From positions 6,081,244-6,145,243 of the forward strand of contig CM082597.2 in assembly GCA_040954595.2 (NCBI GenBank): a stretch of DNA of 64,000 bases, given 5' to 3'. The DNA is from Balanoglossus misakiensis. Its lineage: Eukaryota; Animalia; Hemichordata. The position numbers and the translations under genes were made by a program. A model generated the notes under the pieces. It saw only the letters and a list, made by a program, of their open reading frames with translations. It searched no databases and was not told the DNA's origin. Below are positions 52,854 to 64,000 of the stretch, piece after piece (the stretch's first letter is position 1; every line of letters begins with the position of its first letter).

Positions 52854-55800
52854 ATGCAAAGAAGAAGAAACAAGGAGAGCCCCTTGGACACAGCTAATCT
52901 GTGCATAACCAACAAAGCAGAAAGGCCATGGTTTGCTATTAAAAACACAGAAACAAAAGGTAAATATAGTGAAAATACTTAGAAAATTTGTGCCTTATGT
53001 TGTTGTAGACTTTTAGCTCAGCTGTCAGCGATGCAGAGCTTATCTCATAGTTGTCTGTAGTCATCATCCGTCAACTTTTTGCATCTTCTTCAAAACCTGA
53101 TCAGACAGCTTTGATATTTGGTACTGTACACAGGTCTCTATGGATGACCTTATTCATATTTGTTGAAATGGTGATGAAATCTGCAATTTTGTATTTGTAA
53201 GAATATTTCTGCCATTTTCGGTACAAGTTATTATCCAATGGATATACTTTGACCTTCCAAACACTTTGCCAAAATAACGGTACTTGCTTTGTTACAGTAA
53301 CTATTGAATTTTTTGTTGCATTTGGCAACCATTTTGTGTAGGTTACAGATCTCTTACTTATTTGTTCAGACAGTAGTAGTGAAGAAGTACCCAGCAAGTA
53401 TGCTGATGATGATGAGGTTGATCATTTTTTAAAGACGTTTGTTTATTTCATCAGGAAACTCCAAAACAAAAACATAATAATCTGGATACCCCCCATTTTT
53501 TTTAACCTGCAAGCATGCACATAGCTTTTAGAATCCAAGTAGAAATTGACGTGCATGGTACATCCCCAGTATTTTGAACTCGGGATATATGTACATGTAT
53601 ACCATAGGTAACAACAGTATAACAATTAACATGTTAATTTGTATTTTCACATAGGAAGAGGGGTATTTGCAACTATTGATATACAACAGGGAGAGTTCCT
53701 TATGGAATATTATGGGGAACTAATATCGGAAGATGAAGGAGAGAAAAGGGAACATACAATGCCTAGCGGGTATCGCTACTTTTTCACCCATAATGGGAAA
53801 ACATTCTGGTAAGTGATTTGATAGTAACGTAAAGTAATTGGCATGTTCAGATAATGCAGGCAAAATAAAACTACTCTTGATTTAGTTCCTTATTAACGTA
53901 CGGTAATGAGAACTTCTCGGTATAACTTCTTTTTCACACTTTTTGAAAAGTTGGTTTGGTGTTGCTAGATAAGGGCAAATTGCTATGTAAACATCAACAA
54001 ACTTAAGTAATCGTAAATTTCCTATGCATATTCATATGCACATGGGGGCTTCTCAAGTCTAACTTGGATGTTATATGTGTCCACTTTGGTTTGGCTAGTA
54101 CAGGAAAGTCATTTTCACTGACAACAAATTGAGCGACTTGTCCAAAGCAGAGGCGAAAAAGTTTATAGGTATGCATTTGCAGGGCTTAAACATCATAGAT
54201 CTCCAATTTCTCTTGAATGATTGCGTATTGCGAAATGTTGGTTACTTGGTGCCCTCATTGGAAAGATAATGTGCAGTTACTGTGTGGCCCAGGCCAGTCA
54301 AAGTGTTCTTGCCTCTCGGATTTCCAAGAAAGATGTGACTTCCCTGAATGCTGTGCTGAGCTATCTAGTGAAACAATACCATTTTGTACACAAAGGGAGG
54401 GAGGGGGAATTCTCATTAACATAGCTGTATAAACATGACAGGCTCACAACAATGTAAGTGGGGTTATCCCTATTGTCTGGACTGAATTCTATGTTAGTCT
54501 GCATGTGTCGCTAAGCAAACTGAAGAAGGACTATTTGACTAATGTGTTAATTGGCTGATCATCAAATCTAGGGAGTCTGCATTGACTGTAAACAATGTGT
54601 GAATGAGCACAAATGCAGAAAGTTTGGTGTAAACTTGTGAATTTCAATTGCAACTTCCAGCATGTTAACGATATGGTGCAAAGGAACAGTATCTGTGTTG
54701 AATAGATAAGTTTGCACTTAATATCAAGAACTTTGACGATTTTCATGATATTTTGTGGATTTGTCAGAGGTAGGATTTGTCAGAAATTAGGGACTGTCCA
54801 GAATTTACTTCCAGGGGGGGGGGGGGCTGGAGGATTTTCAGGGGGGGCCACCCATTTTCCCCCCAAAAAATTAGGGGGGGGTCAGACATAAAAATCACAA
54901 TCCTTTAGGGGGGGCCATGTAAAAAACTCTCACAAACTCAATATTTGCCCGGAAGTACTGATTTATAAGAAACAAACCACCATGGCTACCTGGATGACAG
55001 TGCATTAAATCTTCATAAGCTTGAATTTCCGGTAATTTTTACGGTGGGTTATTTTGTATATCTACTACAGTTTCTTGTTCTACTCTGTGAAGCATAATAA
55101 AATGCCCAGTATTTGGCCTGCCAGCACAGACCATAAATGTACAGTGAACAGTCAGTGTTGTTACTGTTGACGAGCTCAATTCAAGTCCAGACTAGAATTC
55201 GTTAATTTTCTCATCAATCATTCATATATGTATATAAAAAGTTAATTTGCTTTTGGGTTCATTAAAATGCAGCTTTGAGGGACACCCCCTCCCAAACCCA
55301 CCCCCTTCACTTCTCGGTTTACAATATCTGCCAACACAGAATACAAATACTTAACAAATATAAACAATGTTCAGTTTTAATATCCACTGATGAGGAAAAA
55401 CATCAGTTTCAAATTGTTTTCATGGGAGCGCTGTTTTTCTTTTTTTACAAGATAGATAGGTGATGTGTTTTGCTGTGTGAAAGAAAATGGGGGGGGGGGT
55501 TTGATTTCAAAATTTTAAGCTGTTCGGAAGGGAGGGATTTGAAAATATTTCGGGTTGTGTAGGGGGGGCATGTGAAAATTAACGGTAAAAAAAATTTAAT
55601 TCTCCCCCCCCCCTTCCAGAGGTGTTTGTAAATGCAGCCTTATCAGACTGTATGTGTCGTAGTCTGTACCGGTAAGCATGCATGTATATATTGGGGGGGG
55701 GGGGTCATGGAAAAAAAACAGGAAATTTACGGGGGGGGCCACAGATTTCCTCCACAATTTACAAGGGGGGGGCCATGGAAAAAAATCACCAGGAAAATAA

Positions 55801-56390
55801 GAAATCCTCCAGCCCCACCCTGGAAGTAAATTCTGGACAGTCCCTTACCTACAAATTAAGTGATATGAACTGTGCAATTTTCATGGTATTACAGTCTCTC
55901 TCCAAGGTGCTGATCTGCATCTGTCTTAGCTGCGCTAGCCGATTTGCCTGGTTTGACTGCTTACTGTAAATTAAATGTTACCGTACATGTGTAGAAACCT
56001 ATGTAATGATTTCCGCATCGCTTGAAATGAAATATTAACTCAGAGTAGTGAAATGTAAAAGTTAGTCACTGGACAAACAGGCAAGGACAAACAGGGACCT
56101 TAAAGGTCTGTATCACAAAGAGCTGATGAGCTTATTTTGCTAAATTCATTGACTTGAGTTCTGTCCTTGTTCCTTCTGTTTTTTACCTGTATGCTCACAC
56201 AAGCATGCATCCAATTTCTGCTTTGAATTTTACTGCATTTTGAGGTAGGATATACAAAATACTGTGATGCTATCAATTTTTAGCTACTATGCAGTATATA
56301 TACTCTATAGTATATATACTGAAGCTATTGTGATGGGTATCTGTCCGTCGTCAGTCTGTATGTTATTGTTTGTCTGTCTGTCTGTCTGTT

Positions 56391-56426
<36 letters not shown>

Positions 56427-59400
56427 CGCCTACTCAAATATTTTGAGAACTGTGGTATGTACAAGTTACAGACTTCATATTTAGTGTGTAGATGCATCAT
56501 GGGATTATACCCATTTTTTTAAAGATGATATTGTCAAATATATGCAAATGAGCTCAAAAATGTGTTTTGGACAAAAAAATCTTCTTCATTAAAACAAGTG
56601 GTCAGATTGCTTTGATATTTAGTACATAGGTCCCTAGGGAGATTTTTTCAAGTTGTGATGAAATCTGCAATTTTGTATTTTTTGTGAATTTTTTGTTATT
56701 TTTGGGTAAAAATTTTATTTTCAACTTTTTCTTGGAGGGGGCTTGGTAGATTGCTTTAATATTTGGGGGCTAGGTACCAGAGGTCAACCTAATTGAAAAT
56801 TGTAAATTTTGTGTTGATATCTACATTTGTATACTTCACTACTTGGAATGTACCGGGGTATATTTTTGTTATTATTTTGGTCAAAATTGTTATTTTCAAT
56901 GTCCACTCGTCTGATTGCTTTGATGTTTGTTTTGACCTAATTAAGATGCCTTAATTTTAAGTTGATATCTGCATTTTCCAATTTTAAGTAAATATTTGTT
57001 ATTTCTTTTTGGCCTGTGGCCTTCAATGACATATACTAACCAAGGTTATTATTGATGTATTGGACCAACGTTAGTAAATATTACATCGAGAAATTACTAA
57101 AACTATGAACGGATCTGGATCCAGCAAAATAATTGTATTTAGTATTGGTATTTGCACCATGGTGAAAACAGCTGGTCCATATGTAACATGTATCTGAGTG
57201 TTTTTCCCTTACTTAGAGTACAGACAACAGGTCTTGACTTTCAAAATAGACTTAACTTTCTTTTTGTGATAAGTTTGAATCTGACTGAATTTTGGGTCAA
57301 AATTGATATTTGGACTTTTACTATGAAAACGATGACAGCTTTGAAGTTGCAGGTTGTCGATCTCTTTTTCTGGTTTATATCACTCTTGAATATACTGATG
57401 GAAAACAAATTTGAGCACAGTGTCCTTGACTATTTTTCTTATTTTTTGTCAGCATTGATGCTACTGATGAACCTACTGAGGCAGAATATCCAAAATACAT
57501 GTATGGCCGTCTTGTGAACCATGGAGATCGTCATGAGATAAATTCTAAAATGAGAATTGTCATGGTGAATGCAACCCCACATCTATGTTTGTTTGCAATA
57601 AAAGAAATAAAACAAGGATCTGAAATTCTGTACGATTACGGAATCAAGGACCTTCCGTGGAAAAAACATAAGGTATTGTGATGTTCTATTAATTGTATGG
57701 ATTTACATATAATTTTATTTTGTCAGAGCTGAGGGATGGATTCTTGAGAATGAAAATGTTTAAAAATAACCAAAGCATTCTTTATACTGTAAACATATTT
57801 AAACAGGAGTACACAAATTTGTATTTGATTTTATTTGATGACAAATGTACCAATTTCCAGGAAGGAATGATAGGTTATGAAAGAGAAATAAAAATGAATT
57901 GCAGGCTTAAATTTCTGATAGCCTTCCAACGTTGCATTTGTGCCTGTGTTGACTTTCTGGTAGCATGTTATCAGGAGTAAATCTGTAGATTAACAAGGCA
58001 ATACAGGGAAAATCAGTCAACATCTGCAAGTGGACATGTGTTACGTTCACTTTTTTGTACAGCACACAAATTTTATAGATAACACAGCAGATAAAAAGAC
58101 TCATTGTATCATGTTAATGATATCTCAAAGGATATAGCTCAACTCCCTGTTTATCCATGCCCTGTGTCTCCCATAAAAGCTAATTGGCTTCCTGTCTGCT
58201 GCTGCTGAGTGTTGTCCTAATTACAAATGCACCCCCAATCTCTGTTGAGATATCATTAACATGATACAATGTAAGTAATTTGGCACCTATGTTGTGTGTT
58301 CTATCCAAACACTGGAATGAGTGGTTCTTTTTATCTGCTGTGTTATCTATAAAATTTGTGTGTGCTGTACAAAAAAGTAAACGTAACGCATGCCAATGTT
58401 AACTGGTTTCCCTGTATGTGGTAGACAAAGACAGTGAATCACATGTAGAGAGAAGGGCCTTATGAACATGTTTTGGTAGTCGTAGATTAAATGATTAATT
58501 CAGACTACTTTGCAAATTCTTTACTTGATTCTAAGACATAATCAGTTCCTTTGAATTGGATATTTTTCCATCATTTTTTGTTCAGTGCGTCAACTCCATA
58601 TTCCCATTCTATTCCCAATATCATGATGGAGTTCCCAGTCTTTGTTACGTCAAAATAGCCTTCATATGAGTCATGGACGCTGTTATTGTTTATGAATGAA
58701 TTCAAGTCCAGAGTAGAATTGAATTTTCAACAACAACATGCTGATTGAAAAGCTAACAACAGTATGTTATGAATCTAAATACTTGGCAATTACATGTTCT
58801 ATTGGGAATAGTAATTGATTATGGAGTTGATGAAAAAATGTTTGAGAAAAATCAGAATTTTAAACAAGTCATATGTATCTTTAAATAAGAATCTGAAGAA
58901 AAACTCAAATACACATTAACTTGTTATTTCTTTAGGAATCAAATGTTAAATCCCAACTAAGTCAGTCAACTACAAATCGTCAGTTGTCATCAAATCAGCA
59001 ACCACAGTCTGTCCAGCAAACAGCCAGTGAGCTGTCACCAAATCAGCAACCACAGTCTGTCCAGCAAATCACCAGTGAGCTGTCACCAAATCAGCAACCA
59101 CAGTCTGTCCAGCAAACAGCCAGTGAGATGTCACCAAATCAGCAACCACAGTCTGTCCAGCGAATCACCAGTGAGCTGTCACCAAATCAGCAACCACAGT
59201 CTGTCCAGCAAACAGCCAGTGAGATGTCACCAAATCAGCAACCACCGAGTGTCCAGCAAACAGCCAGTGAGCTGTCACCAAACCAGCAACCACCGAGTGT
59301 CCAGCAAACAGCCAGTGAGCTGTCATCAAATCAGCAACCACCGTGTGTCCAGCAAACAGCCAGTGAGCTGTCACCAAACCAGCAACCACCGAGTGTCCAG

Positions 59401-62400
59401 CAAACAGCCAGTGAGCTGTCACCAAATCAGCAACCACCGTGTGTCCAGCAAACAGCCAGTGAGCTGTCACCAAACCAGCAACCACCGAGTGTCCAGCAAA
59501 CAGCCAGTGAGCTGTCACCAACTCAGCAACCACCGTGTGTCCAGCAAACAGCCAGTGAGCTGTCACCAAACCAGCAACCACCGAGTGTCCAGCAAACAGC
59601 CAGTGAGCTGTCACCAACTCAGCAACCACCGTGTGTCCAGCAAACAGCCAGTGAGCTGTCACCAAACCAGCAACCACCGAGTGTCCAGCAAACAGCCAGT
59701 GAGCTGTCACCAAACCAGCAACCACCGAGTGTCCAGCAAACAGCCAGTGAGCTGTCATCAAATCAGCAACCACCGTGTGTCCAGCAAACAGCCAGTGAGC
59801 TGTCACCAAACCAGCAACCACCGAGTGTCCAGCAAACAGCCAGTGAGCTGTCACCAACTCAGCAACCACCGTCTGTCCAGCAAACAGCCAGTGAGCTGTC
59901 ATCAAATCAGCAACCACCGTGTGTCCAGCAAACAGCCAGTGAGCTGTCACCAACTCAGCAACCACCGTGTGTCCAGCAAACAGCCAGTGAGCTGTCACCA
60001 AACCAGCAACCACCGAGTGTCCAGCAAACAGCCAGTGAGCTGTCACCAAACCAGCAACCACCGAGTGTCCAGCAAACAGCCAGTGAGCTGTCACCAACTC
60101 AGCAACCACCGTCTGTCCAGCAAACAGCCAGTGAGCTGTCACCAAACCAGCAACCACCGAGTGTCCAGCAAACAGCCAGTGAGCTGTCACCAAACCAGCA
60201 ACCACCGAGTGTCCAGCAAACAGCCAGTGAGCTGTCATCAAATCAGCAACCACCGTGTGTCCAGCAAACAGCCAGTGAGCTGTCACCAAACCAGCAACCA
60301 CCGAGTGTCCAGCAAACAGCCAGTGAGCTGTCACCAACTCAGCAACCACCGTCTGTCCAGCAAACAGCCAGTGAGCTGTCATCAAATCAGCAACCACCGT
60401 CTGTCCAGCAAACAGCCAGTGAGCTGTCACCAAACCAGCAACCACCGAGTGTCCAGCAAACAGCCAGTGAGCTGTCACCAAATCAGCAACCACCGTGTGT
60501 CCAGCAAACAGCCAGTGAGCTGTCACCAAACCAGCAACCACCGAGTGTCCAGCAAACAGCCAGTGAGCTGTCACCTGAAAGCAGATGGGCAAACATGGTT
60601 GATATTTCAGGAAAATTTGGGACAAAAAGCATAGATAATTTGCTTTTTAATAAACATCGTAAAATAGCTGATGGCAGTAATGGCAATCAAGTGTTCATTG
60701 GACTCCTTGACAGGTGCCGGGCTGTCGCGGTTAAGCGTGTTACCACTGATTTTGTACAAAATGAACTGGAGTTACATGAGATGATGCGACCATTGCATCT
60801 ACAGCATGTACTGAAGTACCTAACAGTGAAACAAGATGAAGATTTCACTTACCTTGTGAGTGATCTGATGGAATATAATCTTCATGACGTCATAGAAGAC
60901 AAGGGGTGTCCCTTACGAAATATGCTTACTGACAGAAAGAGGGTCCAGCTATGCACTGATGTGTTAAGTGCATTAAAGGAGCTACACTGCAGAGATGTGA
61001 TACACAGGGATATAAAACCCACAAACATTCTGTTGGGTAAGTCTGCTTAGTTGACATATGTCAACAAATTGTGTGAACAGTGATTTTAATAATATGAGGC
61101 ATTGTTACTGGACGTTTGGGAAATATGTTGTATTCAAATGATGTGACCATATTTTGACAAGTTGTGGTCCAACGAGTTAAAAGATACTGTGTATTTTGAT
61201 GAGTTGTGGAGCAACGACTCAAAGTATGCTCATCTCACAAGAATGTAATGCTACATGTATATCACCTTAACTTCATGTAATAACCACTTTATCATACATG
61301 AATGCCTTCAAAACTGACAGTTTTGCAGAAGTGTACTAAATTGGCAGATGTATCATTATGTTGAAGTTTACATCATGTAATTTTTGGACAACCAGGAGAA
61401 AATTTGGAGACATCCCACAGATCCCATAGCATATGTACACACGTACTGTTCATTCCCTGTGACCGTATGGTCCAATATGCCACGGGTCACTATTTTGCAA
61501 TGATTTTAATTACTAGTGAGGACCCTGTCATTGTCAATGACTTGTTTCGTCTATCAAGTGTATTGTAGTATTTATATTTTAGTAAAGTGAGTTCAGCTTA
61601 GCAGTATACCGGTATATTGTGTATAAAAACACACGCAATGTACAAGTACAGTATTATTTGTATGCCACTGCAATTGTCACTTTATCATGCATGAAAATAC
61701 TGTTGAATTAAACAGTTTTGTATGTTATAACTGTTTGATTTAAAAATTCTCATCATCAGGTGTATACACCAGTGAGAAACATTGACTTTTGTTAAAGAAA
61801 AACAATGGTTTCTTTGCAGATATCAGTGGTAATTTGCATTTGACTGACTTTGGTGTTAGCCGAATTATGCTCGGGCAGACTACATTGGTAACCCAAGCGG
61901 TGGGCTCTCTTTGCTGGATGGCGAAGGAGAGTATGGAAAGTGAAAATACTTTAACCAAGTATAAGAAATCCTCGGATATTCAGGTAGGTGATTGAAAGTC
62001 ACTCATGTATGAATGACTACACCAAATTTGATGAAACTTGCTACAGATGTTATGTAACACTACAGAAAGATCTTTAGCAGTGACATGTCTTCTTGTTGAA
62101 AATTTAATACTTACTGAACTTTGTAATTTGGGTGATTTGTCCTAGGGGCCTTAAAGACTGGGCTCCATCCATTTCACAATGGTAATATCTTAAGACATGT
62201 AAATTGTTTTTAATGTTCATACAAAGACATGCACCTATATGCCATTCATATGCACATCAATTTGATTCACGATTGAGCGATGGCTGCCAGGCAGCAATTT
62301 TGTTATGATTTTTTCATATCCCAGGCCAAACTTGTTTCAACCCAATTCATTAAAGTTAGTACATGTATGACATTGGCCTAATGTCGTACATGTACAAGAG

Positions 62401-63435
62401 CATTGAGCTATGACATACATTGGTACATTGATTTGTTCTGTGATATGATCATATTTCATTCAAAGTTGGTACAAAGACAATTGGCATGCTTAGTTATACA
62501 TATTCCTGCTAAATATTTGTGATACAATCCAATATGCCACCTAGTCACCATTTTGTAATGATTTTAAACATGGCATTCATTACAGGTTACTGGAAGTATA
62601 TTATACTATATCCTCTCTGATGGTCATATTCCTCATGAAAGTACTGTGCCATACTATACGCAGCCAGAAGGGGTCATGCTAAATGTGCGAAAAAATCAGT
62701 TTAATTTGGACCACATATCGAATTTTAAGCAGTTTCAACCCTTGATTGCTGTCATGATCATTGGCGACCAAGAGAGCAGACCGTCTGTTGATATTTGCCT
62801 CGAGCAATTTCAGCACCTTCAAGTACAAGGTTATTATATTTATTGTTTCTTTTATTAGCTCCCATGTTCACACACGGGAGCTAATGATATATACCCATGT
62901 ATGTCTGTGTGTCTGTGGGCACAACATCTCAATTGCTGGTCACATTGAAACATGCATTATTGTTGATAGCATTTGGACTGATTAGGTTTTGGTGGGCTTA
63001 GTTTGCAAAACATACTGCTTCAAAGTGCTGACTTATAGAAAACAATTTTCTCAAGTAGCAAACAAAAAAGAAAACTTAAGTAAAATATTTGAGGTTAGTG
63101 AGGTCTTCCAAACATAAATTAGTTTTCATGGAAAACTTCAATGCTGATGAGACTGGCATTGTTTAGATATATTAATTCTGTCTTTATCAATGTTTTATAA
63201 GTTGAAAATGATAGTATAGTATGTTTTATGTGTCTGTAACTGTTATACCTAACAGATTTGTTTTGCATGTTTGTTCTATTCTTCAGATTACTTACCAGCA
63301 ACAGTTGAACCAAACAATCAAGAATGTGTGTCAGATAGCAGTAGTGATATCTCTGATGTGATGACAAATCGTTTCCATTTTGAGTCACTAGAAGTGGATG
63401 GGATGGAGCTTCCAACAATTGGTGACATGGCACCT
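52854..63435 (+). CDS. SET-domain (SETD8/KMT5A-like) - 16-aa repeat - IRE1/RNase L-type kinase fusion gene; 3' end outside the window
   Basis: Exons 52854-52959, 53655-53808, 57453-57672, 58936-61036, 61820-61983, 62586-62829, 63287-63435, all GT-AG and in phase. SET: KGRGVFAT..GEFLMEYYGELIS..YFF..CIDAT..GRLVNH..PHLCLFAIKEIKQGSEILYDYG. Kinase: IADGSNG, VAVK, HRDIKPTNIL, DFG, GSLCWMAKE, SDIQVTGSILYYILSDGHIP. Confidence 0.88.
54790..55844. mobile_element. PIF/Harbinger-type MITE in intron 2 of the SET-kinase gene
   Basis: 27-bp TIR gggactgtccagaatttacttccaggg / ccctggaagtaaattctggacagtccc, with TTA on both flanks. Confidence 0.88.
58030..58395. repeat. Nested inverted repeats (foldback) in intron 3
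   Basis: ttacgttcacttttttgtacagcacacaaattttatagataacacagcagataaaaaga pairs with ~58325-58387. cattgtatcatgttaatgatatctcaa pairs with ~58245-58271. Confidence 0.88.
58984..60576 (+). repeat. 48-bp (16-aa) coding minisatellite, ~33 copies
   Basis: Unit ELSPNQQPPSVQQTAS; gagctgtcac recurs at 59461, 59701 and 59941 (spacing 5 x 48). Confidence 0.98.
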
Positions 63436-63513
63436 GTGAGTATCATGCTGTTAAAGATACAACTAGCTTATTTACATGCATGTTTGTTACCTGTTTGTAT
63501 ATCAGTGAATACT

Positions 63514-63672
63514 TAGGGGTTATTACACGAAGTTTGGTCGATAACGCATCGTTTTCGAGTGATGTGTCCGTATTTTGACGAGTTGCACAGCAACGATTCA
63601 AAATACGGACACATCACGAGAATGTGACGTGTTATCGACCAAAGTTCGTGTAATTACCCCTTTATCATACGT
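63514..63672. repeat. Palindromic MITE-like element (degenerate relative at ~61185-61300)
   Basis: aggggttattacacgaagtttggtcgataac..gtgatgtgtccgtatttga ... tcaaaatacggacacatcac..gttatcgaccaaagttcgtgtaattacccct. Confidence 0.8.
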
Positions 63673-64000
63673 GCATAGCATGGTGGTCACTCTTTGCGTT
63701 AAAATCGCTGAAATAAGCAAAGGATGACAGCAATCCGATGTTTCTTTTTAGTGACGTAATCTTACAGGACGGTTGTGTTGTGGGTAGATGCAACGTCGAC
63801 CTTGTAACCCAGTGATATCATTCCGCGTAAGAGCTATACCATTTCATTAGAGGGGTTCTAAGAGAATTTAGCACTAAGAATTTTCTGTCTTTAGCGATTT
63901 TTAAAAAGTATATCTCTTCTTTAATGTATATATGTAAGACCAGTAAACTCAGGCAAGGTTTGGGAATAAAATAAATCTGTTTTCGAACGTTAAACCATGA

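Noticed and set aside
59027-60634. Overlapping long ORFs 59027..60634 (+) and 59165..60625 (-)
   Set aside because: Shadow frames of a stop-free 48-bp repeat. Only the 58936 frame connects to splice sites and the kinase.

Overview
AT-rich, intron-containing animal genomic DNA. The gene content (SRCR exons, GT4/TRADD-N protein, Kolobok/Academ/DIRS elements) suggests a marine invertebrate, possibly a deuterostome; this is inference. Roughly 1-27 kb is a transposon graveyard: a chromodomain-bearing Ty3/Gypsy pol, a truncated DIRS-like retroelement, a ~3 kb tandem duplication containing piggyBac transposase remnants and two dimorphic MITE insertions, and Academ-like transposase and RecQ-helicase remnants. 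Roughly 27.8-64 kb holds four kinds of spliced gene, which I assembled by hand from GT-AG sites with consistent phases. (i) An 8-exon minus-strand gene (~1124 aa): N-terminal hydrophobic segment, Q-rich tract, GT4-type glycosyltransferase fold with a degenerate catalytic motif, TRADD-N-like domain, 38-aa repeats. (ii) Two tandem paralogous genes for ~70-aa secreted peptide precursors that are largely missing from the ORF track. (iii) Orphan SRCR exons. (iv) A 7+ exon gene fusing a SETD8-like SET methyltransferase domain to an IRE1/RNase L-type kinase through ~33 copies of a 16-aa repeat; it runs off the window. All family assignments come from motif recognition only, with no database searches.
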